From Bacteroidales bacterium UBA4814 (GTDB lineage Bacteria; Bacteroidota; Bacteroidia; Bacteroidales; UBA7960), in contig DHFW01000049.1 of the NCBI GenBank assembly GCA_002402465.1, forward strand, positions 148,541 through 212,540: DNA of 64,000 nt, read 5' to 3'. The notes below the pieces were generated by a model. That model saw only the letters and a list, made by a program, of their open reading frames with translations, had not been told where the DNA came from and searched no databases. Numbering within the stretch: position 1 is the stretch's first letter; the number at the start of each line of letters is the position of its first letter. Position numbers and translations under genes: made by a program. Below are positions 28,160 through 36,211 of this stretch, piece by piece.

Positions 28160-28345
28160 ATGTCGCTACTTACCGTTTTAGTTGTACTTATTGTTGCAGG
28201 CCTCCTTTTATGGCTGGTTAACAATTACATACCTATGGATCGTAAAATAAAAACGATTCTGAATGTGGTTGTGGTTATCGTTGTAATCATTTGGCTGTTA
28301 AAGGCATTCGGCCTCTTCGATTCGCTCAGCAACATTCAATTGTAA
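28160..28345 (+). CDS. Thivi_2564-family small membrane protein
   Basis: MSLLTVLVVLIVAGLLLWLVNNYIPMDRKIKTILNVVVVIVVIIWLLKAFGLF is the typical two-helix family pattern. Confidence 0.7.
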   Translation: MSLLTVLVVLIVAGLLLWLVNNYIPMDRKIKTILNVVVVIVVIIWLLKAFGLFDSLSNIQL

Positions 28346-28378
28346 GCGTTTCTGCTTTGTCCTATCAAATTCAATCGT

Positions 28379-28564
28379 ATGGAACCACTAACCACAATAA
28401 CCTGGGATGAGAGAAAAGAAAAGCTCAAGCAACAGTTCCCAGATATTACCGAAGAAGATTTGCACTATAATGATGGCAAGGAAGCGGTAATGATTGAGCG
28501 CCTGGCTCATAAACTGGGAAAGACAAGTGCCGAACTTCGCTACATAATTCATGCGGTAACCTGA
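28379..28564 (+). CDS. CsbD-like general stress protein
   Basis: W-x3-K-x-KLKQQF...EEDL-Y-x-GKE...L-x-KLGKT-x-EL pattern, as in Bacteroidota CsbD-family proteins. Confidence 0.65.
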   Translation: MEPLTTITWDERKEKLKQQFPDITEEDLHYNDGKEAVMIERLAHKLGKTSAELRYIIHAVT

Positions 28565-28587
28565 GTAAAAACCAGACCCGTGATTTT

Positions 28588-28643
28588 TGTAATTCTTTAA
28601 AGAAAAGGTGTAACGCTTTCAGCTTCAAAAAGCATAACCTTTG
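28588..28643 (+). promoter_or_regulatory. Stress-type promoter S3: TGTAAT-N15-TGTAAC-N21-AACCTTTG
   Basis: Hexamers at 28588 and 28609, with the -7-like box at 28636-28643. It shares TGTAATTCTTT with S6 and AAGGTGTAAC with S1. Confidence 0.6.
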
Positions 28644-28680
28644 TATTGTGAAACCGATTTCACCCACAAAAATTTACCCT

Positions 28681-28917
28681 ATGGAAACGTTTGGAAAAAA
28701 TGAAAAACAGAAAATCAAGCCTGATGATGTAAAACAAGAGTTTTTGGGATCTGCCGCTTTTGAGCCCTTGGTTTACAAGGCAGCGGCCGAAGTGCGGTAT
28801 GTGGAAATGCTTGCTTTGCTTGATAAGGCGAAAACAGAAATTTCAAAGATTATTACCGGACATCGCGTTGATTTTTTAATTAAAAAAATTAATCAGGTTG
28901 AAAACAACCAGAACTAA
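28681..28917 (+). CDS. Hypothetical small protein (78 aa)
   Basis: ORF downstream of S3. The ATG at 28681 is preferred because the track start at 28648 would lie at or upstream of the predicted transcription start. Confidence 0.45.
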   Translation: METFGKNEKQKIKPDDVKQEFLGSAAFEPLVYKAAAEVRYVEMLALLDKAKTEISKIITGHRVDFLIKKINQVENNQN

Positions 28918-28989
28918 TTTCCTTACCCGAACATTGTTTCTGTTCAGGTTGGCAGCTATGATGGCCTTTTCAATGAATTCAAGAACCAA

Positions 28990-29790
28990 ATGAAAAAAAC
29001 ATTTTTTTTGCTTGTCATCACCTTGCTGCTGGCAGGCTGTGCCCTAAACCAGGTTACTGGCCGAAAACAGCTGAACTTAGTCAGCGAATCAGAGATGCAA
29101 ATGATGGCGGTTGACCAATACGGGGCCTTTTTGAGCGAACACAAGGTGTTAAGCCCGGGCAACAACCAAAATGCTGCCATGGTAACCAGGGTTGGATCGC
29201 GCATTGCCAAGGCCGTTACAGCCTATTATACCAGTCAGGGTATGGGGTCTATACTCGAAGGGTATAGCTGGCAATTCAGCACCATAGACGAAAAAGATGT
29301 GGTCAATGCCTGGTGTATGCCAGGCGGTAAAGTGGCCGTATATACCGGCATATTGCCGGTAACCCAAAATGAAACAGCGTTGGCTATTGTTATGGGCCAT
29401 GAGATTGCTCATGCCATTGCCAAACATGGCAATGAACGAATGAGCCAGGCTATGGTGCAGCAATTGGGAGGTGTGGCCCTGCAGGTTGCATTGGCCCAGC
29501 AACCCCAGCAAACCCAGGATCTGTTTTTAATGTCGTATGGCATTGGAAGCACCGTGGGGGCCATGTTGCCCTGGTCGCGGCAACAGGAAACAGAAGCCGA
29601 TAAATACGGGCTGATATTTGCTGCCATGGCTGGTTATGACCCGCGCGAAGCCATCCCATTCTGGGAAAGGATGTCAGCAGCAGGCGGGGAAAGCCCACCA
29701 GAGTTCCTGAGCACCCACCCTTCTGATAATACCAGAATGAGAAAACTGAGGCAGTTTATGCCCGAAGCACTGACCTATTATAAGCCCTGA
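28990..29790 (+). CDS. M48-family zinc metalloprotease lipoprotein (YcaL/LoiP-like)
   Basis: Lipobox LLAGC, the HEIAHAIAKHGNE zinc motif and the downstream EADKYG. Confidence 0.85.
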   Translation: MKKTFFLLVITLLLAGCALNQVTGRKQLNLVSESEMQMMAVDQYGAFLSEHKVLSPGNNQNAAMVTRVGSRIAKAVTAYYTSQGMGSILEGYSWQFSTIDEKDVVNAWCMPGGKVAVYTGILPVTQNETALAIVMGHEIAHAIAKHGNERMSQAMVQQLGGVALQVALAQQPQQTQDLFLMSYGIGSTVGAMLPWSRQQETEADKYGLIFAAMAGYDPREAIPFWERMSAAGGESPPEFLSTHPSDNTRMRKLRQFMPEALTYYKP

Positions 29791-29889
29791 TTTTTTTTAT
29801 TGAAAAAGGGGGAGGGAGCGCGGTTTTTTTTTGGGTTTTGATTAAACTTGCATCTTGGGAATTTTCCCATTTTATAAAAACCAAAAAGG

Positions 29890-29960
29890 TGTAAGGTGCA
29901 GGGCCACAGATCGGGCAATACAACAAGGTGTAGCGCATTTTCGGTTTTTTCTTAATTTAG
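29890..29960 (+). promoter_or_regulatory. Degenerate stress-type site S4 upstream of the CheB/CheR fusion gene
   Basis: AAGGTGTAAG (29890) and CAACAAGGTGTAGCGCATTTTC (29929). The latter is nearly identical to the S1 proximal site CAACAAGGTGTAACATATTTTC. The hexamer spacing is 39 rather than 21, and the -7-like box TAATTTAG is at 29953. Confidence 0.35.
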
Positions 29961-29970
29961 CGTATAATAA

Positions 29971-32913
29971 ATGGCAAAATTTACTAAAAACCGGCCCGAA
30001 TCAACCCTCATTGCTTCCAAAAAGGTTTCTGAGAGCCTTGCATTGGAGTCAAAAACAAAACTTTTTCCCATTGTTGCAATTGGAGCCTCGGCCGGTGGCC
30101 TGGAAGCCATTGAACAGTTTCTGGCCAATGTGCCCGAAAACAGTGGCATGGCTTATGTGGTAATACAACATTTAGATCCTACACAAAAGGGCATGCTGCC
30201 TGAGTTATTGCAGCGCATTTCTAAAATGAAGGTTTCCCAGGCAAAAGACGGTATGGTGGTTAAGCCAAACTGTGTGTATGTCATTCCCCCCAACAAGAGC
30301 ATGTCGATTTTAAACGGCAACCTTTACTTGTTTGAGCCCATGGAAGCCAGAGGCTTGCGGCTACCCATCGATTTTTTCATGCGCTCCCTTGCCGATGACC
30401 TCCAAGACTTTGGTGTTGGCGTTATTCTTTCGGGCATGGGCTCCGACGGAAGCACAGGGTTAAAGGCTATAAAAGAGAAAAATGGGATCGTATTGGTTCA
30501 GGACCCGGAAACGGCCAAATTTGACAGCATGCCCAGAAATGCCATTAATTCCGTTTTGGTTGACATTGTGGCTCCGGCCAGCAAATTGCCCGAAAAGCTC
30601 CTGGAATTTCAAAAACTTCTTCCGCAGGTAAAAATTTCCACTGAAACCGAAGTGAAGGATAAAAGTGCCCTCGAAAAGATTATCATCCTGCTGCGAACCT
30701 TTACCGGTAATGACTTCTCGTTGTATAAAAAAAGTACGCTCTACCGCCGTATCGAGAGGCGCATGGGGGTCCACAAAATCGACAGAATCTCTTCATACGT
30801 CACCTTGCTGCAAGAAAACCCAAAGGAAATAGACATTCTTTTCAGGGAACTGCTCATTGGGGTCACCAATTTCTTTCGCGACAAAAAAGTTTGGGAAAAG
30901 TTTGAAAGAATTGTTTTTCCCGAAATTTTGCTGAGGCAAAATGCCGGTGCAACGCTCAGGGCATGGGTGGCCGGTTGTTCTACTGGAGAAGAAGCTTACT
31001 CTCTGGCCATTATCTTTAAGGAAGTACTGGAGAACATTAAGCCCAGCCGCAACATTTCCCTGCAGATATTTGCCACCGACCTCGATCAGGATTCCATTGA
31101 AATTGCAAGAAGGGGCCTGTACCCAGAGAATATTTCTGCTGATGTTTCGCCCGAACGACTGAACCGGTTTTTTGTCAAAACAGATGAGGGTTACCGTATT
31201 AACAGCGAAATAAGGGAGATGGTAGTATTTGCCCAGCATAATATTATCATGCATCCGCCATTTACTAAGATTGATATTCTTTCGTGCCGAAACCTGCTGA
31301 TTTATCTGGACCCCGAATTGCAGATCAAGGTATTAAAGCTTTTCTATTATAGTTTGAAACCCGAGGGGATAATGCTTCTGGGCAGTTCAGAATCACTGGG
31401 TGCCCGCAGCAATCTTTTTAAACCAGTTGACTCTGTGTTGAAAATTTATCAACGATCGGCCGATGCAATGGAGCCTGGTTTGTTCAATTTCCCTTCCTCC
31501 TTTTCGCGCAGCCGAGCCGAGCATATTGAAAAACAAACCGCCGCGATTCCTGCCCCGAATATTCATGACCTGGTCGATCAGCTGCTCTTGCAGCATTATT
31601 CGCCTCCGGGATTGCTGGTAAATGAAGATGGAGATATTATATATATCTCGGGCCGCACAGGTAAATACCTGGAGCCCGTTGCCGGAAAAGCGAACATGAA
31701 TGTGTTTGCCATGTTGCACGAAGGATTGCGAAAGGAATTTCCGGTGGCTTTTAACCAGGCTATTAGAAAAAAGGGAACCGTTGTATTGCGAAACATGTAC
31801 GTGGGCACCAATGGGGGTAAGCAAAAGCTGAACATTACCATACAATGGATTGACAAACCAGAGTCGTTAAAGAATATGGTATTGATAATTTTTTCTGATA
31901 TAACCGAAGCTCGCGACTTAAAAATGAAAACAAGGAGTAGTAGGGAATCGCTGAACAGTTCAAGGGAAGCAGCGCTTGAGAAAGAGCTGCAGAGCACCCT
32001 TGAAAAGATGCAAAGTACGATGGAAGAAATGCAGGCCTCACAGGAGGAGCTCAAATCGGCCAACGAAGAACTGCAATCGGCCAATGAGGAGTTGCAATCA
32101 ACCAACGAGGAGCTTACCAGCTCAAAAGAGGAGATGCAAAGCCTCAATGAAGAGCTTCAAACCGTTAATGCAGAGCTGCAGGCCAAGGTAGATGACTATT
32201 CGCACCTTGATAACGACATGAAAAACCTGCTCAACAGCACCGATATTGCTACTTTGTTTCTCGACAAAGAGTTGAACATCCGCCGTTATACCAACCAGGC
32301 AACCAAGATCTTTAAATTGATAAAAAGTGATATCGGGCGTCCCATCACCGACCAGGTCTCTAATATTAATTACCCTGAAATGGCTAAGGATGCCCTGGAG
32401 GTTTTAAACTCCCTGGTATTTATCGAAAAACAGATCTCCGGAAAGGATGGGCAATGGTTTAACGTTCGGATAATGCCCTACCGGACTTTCGAAGATCGCA
32501 TAGATGGCCTGGTCATCACCTTTATCAATATTTCAGAACTTAAGAGGATGGAGAAAGAATGCAACGAAACAAAAAAGAAAGAACGTTTGTTATTAAATAG
32601 TTCTGATGATCCTGTTTTTATTTTATCAGACGAATTGAACATTATGGAACTGAACCCCGTGGCCGAGAAATTCCTTGGTATCAAACGTGAGGATGCATTA
32701 AGCCAAAACTGGATAAATTTTTGTGTCGCCGAGCCGGAAAGAAAAAAGGCAGAAGATCAATTGCAGAAAATGCTGACAGGAATGGAGGGAGGAACTATGC
32801 AGATTCTGTTACAAAAAAACGGAGATAAAAAGGCCTTGGTTGAGTGTGAGGTAAAATTAGCAGGCAACAACCGGAAAAACACTGATGGAATATTGATTTT
32901 CATAAGAAAATAA
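29971..32913 (+). CDS. CheB methylesterase - CheR methyltransferase - coiled coil - PAS/PAC fusion protein (no kinase output)
   Basis: CheB block PIVAIGASAGGLEAIEQF...VVIQHLDP, CheR block FFRDKKVWEKF...WVAGCSTGEEAYSLAI, the heptad run ELQSANEELQSTNEEL and C-terminal PAS folds. No HisKA or HATPase motifs. Confidence 0.88.
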   Translation: MAKFTKNRPESTLIASKKVSESLALESKTKLFPIVAIGASAGGLEAIEQFLANVPENSGMAYVVIQHLDPTQKGMLPELLQRISKMKVSQAKDGMVVKPNCVYVIPPNKSMSILNGNLYLFEPMEARGLRLPIDFFMRSLADDLQDFGVGVILSGMGSDGSTGLKAIKEKNGIVLVQDPETAKFDSMPRNAINSVLVDIVAPASKLPEKLLEFQKLLPQVKISTETEVKDKSALEKIIILLRTFTGNDFSLYKKSTLYRRIERRMGVHKIDRISSYVTLLQENPKEIDILFRELLIGVTNFFRDKKVWEKFERIVFPEILLRQNAGATLRAWVAGCSTGEEAYSLAIIFKEVLENIKPSRNISLQIFATDLDQDSIEIARRGLYPENISADVSPERLNRFFVKTDEGYRINSEIREMVVFAQHNIIMHPPFTKIDILSCRNLLIYLDPELQIKVLKLFYYSLKPEGIMLLGSSESLGARSNLFKPVDSVLKIYQRSADAMEPGLFNFPSSFSRSRAEHIEKQTAAIPAPNIHDLVDQLLLQHYSPPGLLVNEDGDIIYISGRTGKYLEPVAGKANMNVFAMLHEGLRKEFPVAFNQAIRKKGTVVLRNMYVGTNGGKQKLNITIQWIDKPESLKNMVLIIFSDITEARDLKMKTRSSRESLNSSREAALEKELQSTLEKMQSTMEEMQASQEELKSANEELQSANEELQSTNEELTSSKEEMQSLNEELQTVNAELQAKVDDYSHLDNDMKNLLNSTDIATLFLDKELNIRRYTNQATKIFKLIKSDIGRPITDQVSNINYPEMAKDALEVLNSLVFIEKQISGKDGQWFNVRIMPYRTFEDRIDGLVITFINISELKRMEKECNETKKKERLLLNSSDDPVFILSDELNIMELNPVAEKFLGIKREDALSQNWINFCVAEPERKKAEDQLQKMLTGMEGGTMQILLQKNGDKKALVECEVKLAGNNRKNTDGILIFIRK

Positions 32914-32978
32914 AAACCATAAGTTTTCTGCTAATCACTTTAATAGAATAACAATAATGAACCCTAAATAACATAGCC

Positions 32979-33536
32979 ATGGTAATTGAAGATAATGATT
33001 ATACGAACCCCCGTACTCTGCGCAAGAAAGCAGAAGAAATTCTTCGCCTGAAAAAAGAAAAAAAGTCAAAGGAAAACCTGGAGATTGATGCAAAGAAAAT
33101 ACTGCATGAATTACAGGTGCACCAGATTGAGCTCGAAATGCAGAATGAAGAGTTGCTTGCGGCCATTGAAACCGCAGAAGCGGCCCTTAAAAAATATACG
33201 CTTTTGTTTGACCTTGCACCAGTGGGATTTTTCACCCTTGAGTCAGACGGTACCATTAGCGACCTGAATTTTACTGCTGCTGAAATACTCAATGAAAAAA
33301 GATTCAGCTTGCTGGGAAGCAACTTTAAACTTTTTGTTTCCGATGACTCCAAGCCGATTTTTAACCAATTCTTTGGCAAAGTTTTTAGAAGTAAAGCAAA
33401 GCAATCCTGCGAAGTGAAACTTGGTTATGACAGTAAAACCCTTTGCCTGGTTCATATGGAAGGCATCGTAACCGGCGTAGAACCAAAATGCCAGTTGTCG
33501 GTTGTAGATATTACAAGCTTCAAACACACGCCATAA
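32979..33536 (+). CDS. Stand-alone coiled-coil plus single PAS domain protein
   Basis: LHELQVHQIELEMQNEELLAA leader, typical of multi-PAS sensor proteins, followed by a PAS fold (LFDLAPVGFFTLESDGTISDLNFTAAEIL). It ends without an output domain. Confidence 0.7.
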   Translation: MVIEDNDYTNPRTLRKKAEEILRLKKEKKSKENLEIDAKKILHELQVHQIELEMQNEELLAAIETAEAALKKYTLLFDLAPVGFFTLESDGTISDLNFTAAEILNEKRFSLLGSNFKLFVSDDSKPIFNQFFGKVFRSKAKQSCEVKLGYDSKTLCLVHMEGIVTGVEPKCQLSVVDITSFKHTP

Positions 33537-33620
33537 ATAAAGGGGCTGCCTTTAAGATGTTTTATCACCCTTAAGACAGCCCCTGAAATTAATCCTGGGT
33601 ATTCTACTTATTTTTATCTG

Positions 33621-34319
33621 TTAAAACCGGTATCCAAGAGATACACCGTAACCAGTGTTTCTATACTCCCTTTTGTTATCACCGGGGAACCTGTTATCTT
33701 CAGGATTAATTTTCAGCAATCCCAATTGGGTATTTAGTTGAAAGAATAAGCCGCCGGCCAGCTCGTATCCGGCAAAAATGTTTGCGCCTGCATCGAGGGC
33801 TTTAAAATAACTGCCTAAAATATCATCAGTGGCATCTACCACATTTACAAATTCAATATCATTCTCGTAATTAACAGAGCCGGATTCAAATTTATCCTTG
33901 CCTTTAAAAGCGTAACCAACGTAGGGGCCAAAACCCACCATCACGTATCCATTTCCCAGCAAGCCTTTATAAACCAGGTTCAGGGGAACTTCAATATACG
34001 ACAGGTTTATTGTTCTTGTTGTTTCTAATATTCCTGTAATAGGGTCACTTACGTTTTTTGCGCCCTTGGTTGAAAACAGCACGCCAGGCTGGAGATAAAA
34101 ATCTGACGCAATGGGTATCTGAATATTCAATCCGGCATGATAACCAATGATCATATCATTTTCAAGTTTATCTCCGGAGAAATTCTTGCCATTAATGTTC
34201 TGTAAGTTTACGCCTCCGAGAATACCGAATGCGGTTTTTTGTGCTCCGGGTCTTTGCGCAATGGCCATAGAAGCGGTTAGCATAAGAATCATTGCAATTG
34301 AAAAAATTTTGTTTTTCAT
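33621..34319 (-). CDS. Outer-membrane beta-barrel protein, copy 2
   Basis: Signal peptide ...MAIAQ and C-terminal GVSLGYRF. Alignable by eye along its full length with 12751..13419 (roughly 45 percent identity). Confidence 0.8.
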   Translation of the reverse strand: MKNKIFSIAMILMLTASMAIAQRPGAQKTAFGILGGVNLQNINGKNFSGDKLENDMIIGYHAGLNIQIPIASDFYLQPGVLFSTKGAKNVSDPITGILETTRTINLSYIEVPLNLVYKGLLGNGYVMVGFGPYVGYAFKGKDKFESGSVNYENDIEFVNVVDATDDILGSYFKALDAGANIFAGYELAGGLFFQLNTQLGLLKINPEDNRFPGDNKREYRNTGYGVSLGYRF

Positions 34320-34374
34320 TTAATTGTTTTGTTTAAGTGAATAAATAACTGGTTTTTTGTTTAAGGAATTAATT

Positions 34375-35058
34375 TTACTGATTTGCAGCTGCAGCAGCTT
34401 CTGCTTCAGCGCGCATTTTGTCATTGGCCGTAATTACGAACTCAACCCTGCGATTTTGTGCACGACCATCTTCGGTGTCGTTCACATATTTCGGTAAAGT
34501 TTCGCCGTATCCAACAACTGTTAAACGGCCAACGGAAACGTTTTTCGTAATCAGGTAATCTGAAACGGCAGTAGCACGCCTTTCAGACAAACCCTGGTTG
34601 TAAGTTAAACTACCCTTGCTGTCGGTATGCCCCTGAATTTCAATGTCAGTATCAGGATAGCCTTCCAGCACCTTTACCAGTTTATCAAGGCTGGTTTTTG
34701 CATCATTCGACAGGCCCGACTGGTCGAATCCAAACAATACGGCACTGCTGAATTCTACTATGATACCTTCGCCTACACGAAGCACCTTGGCATCGGGAAC
34801 GGTTTTTGCAATTTCTTCAGCCTGTTTGTCCATTTGGTTGCCAATTACGGCACCAGCGGTACCTCCAACAGCAGCACCTATGATTGCACCCATGGCGGTA
34901 TTGCCAGAAGCCTTGCCAATTACAGCACCCATGGCACCGCCGGTAGCGGTTCCCACTGCAGCTCCTTTTTGTGTTTTATTCATCGACGAGCAACTTGCAA
35001 ATATTACAGTTGCCATCAGCATCATTATCATTGTTAAGCTCAATCTAAACTTTTTCAT
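34375..35058 (-). CDS. OmpA-family lipoprotein with a glycine-zipper N-domain, copy 2
   Basis: Lipobox FASC, a Gly zipper and QGHTDSKGSLTYNQGLSERRATAV...NRRVEF. Roughly 60 percent identical by eye to 13450..14124. Confidence 0.9.
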   Translation of the reverse strand: MKKFRLSLTMIMMLMATVIFASCSSMNKTQKGAAVGTATGGAMGAVIGKASGNTAMGAIIGAAVGGTAGAVIGNQMDKQAEEIAKTVPDAKVLRVGEGIIVEFSSAVLFGFDQSGLSNDAKTSLDKLVKVLEGYPDTDIEIQGHTDSKGSLTYNQGLSERRATAVSDYLITKNVSVGRLTVVGYGETLPKYVNDTEDGRAQNRRVEFVITANDKMRAEAEAAAAANQ

Positions 35059-35082
35059 AATTTAAGGGATTTATCATTTGTA

Positions 35083-35138
35083 CAAAGGTAGCTTCCTAAT
35101 GCCTGGTTAATGTTACACAACTTACCCTAAGAGTTACA
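35083..35138 (-). promoter_or_regulatory. Stress-type promoter S5: TGTAAC-N15-TGTAAC-N21-TACCTTTG (minus strand)
   Basis: The reverse complement reads TGTAAC (35138-35133), TGTAAC (35117-35112) and a perfect -7 box (35090-35083), 24 nt before the OmpA copy 2 ATG. Confidence 0.65.
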
Positions 35139-35361
35139 TTATTCACGCCTTTTAAATATTTTACTTGATTTTTGCGTTTGGCTGTCATCTGGGGTTTTAA
35201 AAACCATATGCAGTAGCGTTAAATATTGACAGAATGGATTTTTCTTTGTACCTTTCTAAAGATTTTCCCCTTGTGAAACTGGCATGAGGAGACCGTTCAT
35301 TCATAGGAGAATAATCTATATGTGAGTTCCATCTACAAATGAAAAAACAAATGCTGAAAAG

Positions 35362-35922
35362 ATGAAACTCTTTATTAAGTATATGGTCAGCCTTCGGTGC
35401 AAGATGGTGGTCATGGAGGAGCTTGAAAAACTTGGGATCAAATTTTTCTCGGTTGACCTTGGCGTGGTTGAGACCCAGGAAGACATTTCGCAGGAGCAGC
35501 ATGATGCCCTTAAGGTAAATCTGAAAAAATCGGGACTGGAGTTGCTGGATGACCATAAAAGCATCCTGATTGAGCAAATCAAAAATGTGGTCATTGAAAT
35601 GATCCACTTTTCCGACGAACTACCCAAGGTTAACTATTCTGATTACATCAGCGAAAAGGTGGGGTATAAATACACCTACCTTTCCAATCTTTTTTCGGAG
35701 GTGAAGGGTATTACACTTCAACAGTTTATTATTATGCACCGTATTGAGAAGGTAAAGGAACTGTTGCTTTACGATGAGCTGAATCTTACCGAGATTTCAT
35801 ATAGATTGCAATACAGCAGCGTTGCCCACCTTTCAAACCAATTCCGGAAAATTACCGGACTTACCCCCTCCTTCTATAAACAGCTAAAGAAAAAGCGCAG
35901 GAAAAACCTCGAGAACCTGTGA
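35362..35922 (+). CDS. AraC/XylS-family transcriptional regulator (small N-domain plus HTH_18)
   Basis: C-terminal dual HTH: YLSNLFSEVKGITLQQFIIMHRIEKVKELLLYDELNLTEISYRLQYSSVAHLSNQFRKITGLTPSFY. Confidence 0.85.
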   Translation: MKLFIKYMVSLRCKMVVMEELEKLGIKFFSVDLGVVETQEDISQEQHDALKVNLKKSGLELLDDHKSILIEQIKNVVIEMIHFSDELPKVNYSDYISEKVGYKYTYLSNLFSEVKGITLQQFIIMHRIEKVKELLLYDELNLTEISYRLQYSSVAHLSNQFRKITGLTPSFYKQLKKKRRKNLENL

Positions 35923-35926
35923 AATC

Positions 35927-35982
35927 TGTAATTCTTTTTCACTAAAGTGTAATGCTTTTTCAGGCTTTGCTGCCCACCTTTG
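35927..35982 (+). promoter_or_regulatory. Stress-type promoter S6: TGTAAT-N15-TGTAAT-N21-CACCTTTG
   Basis: Hexamers at 35927 and 35948, with the -7-like box at 35975-35982, 23 nt before the ATG at 36006. It starts 5 nt after the AraC stop codon. Confidence 0.6.
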
Positions 35983-36005
35983 GTATAATCAAAACTGGGC
36001 TAACC

Positions 36006-36173
36006 ATGAGAACTGCATTGTATATAATTACAGCCATCCTGCTAATAGTTTGGGCTGTTGGAACACTTGGATACGATGCCGGCGGCACATTCCATTTAGT
36101 GCTTGTTTTGGCACTTATTACATTATTAATTCCCTATGTTGCCGGACGAAAGTTGATTAAGAAAAACCCGTAG
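36006..36173 (+). CDS. lmo0937-family small membrane protein, copy 2
   Basis: MRTALYIITAILLIVWAVGTLGYDAGGTFHLVLVLALITLLIPYVAGRKL. The internal ATG is preferred over the track start at 35952. Confidence 0.7.
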   Translation: MRTALYIITAILLIVWAVGTLGYDAGGTFHLVLVLALITLLIPYVAGRKLIKKNP

Positions 36174-36211
36174 TACAAAGTTCAGTAATTACCTTACCAA
36201 AATAAATTGCC

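Noticed and set aside
29971-32913. The CheB/CheR genes as evidence for a chemotaxis or motility operon.
   Set aside because: No cheA, cheW, cheY, MCP or flagellar/gliding genes accompany it. The fused CheB-CheR-PAS architecture is a stand-alone signalling protein type.
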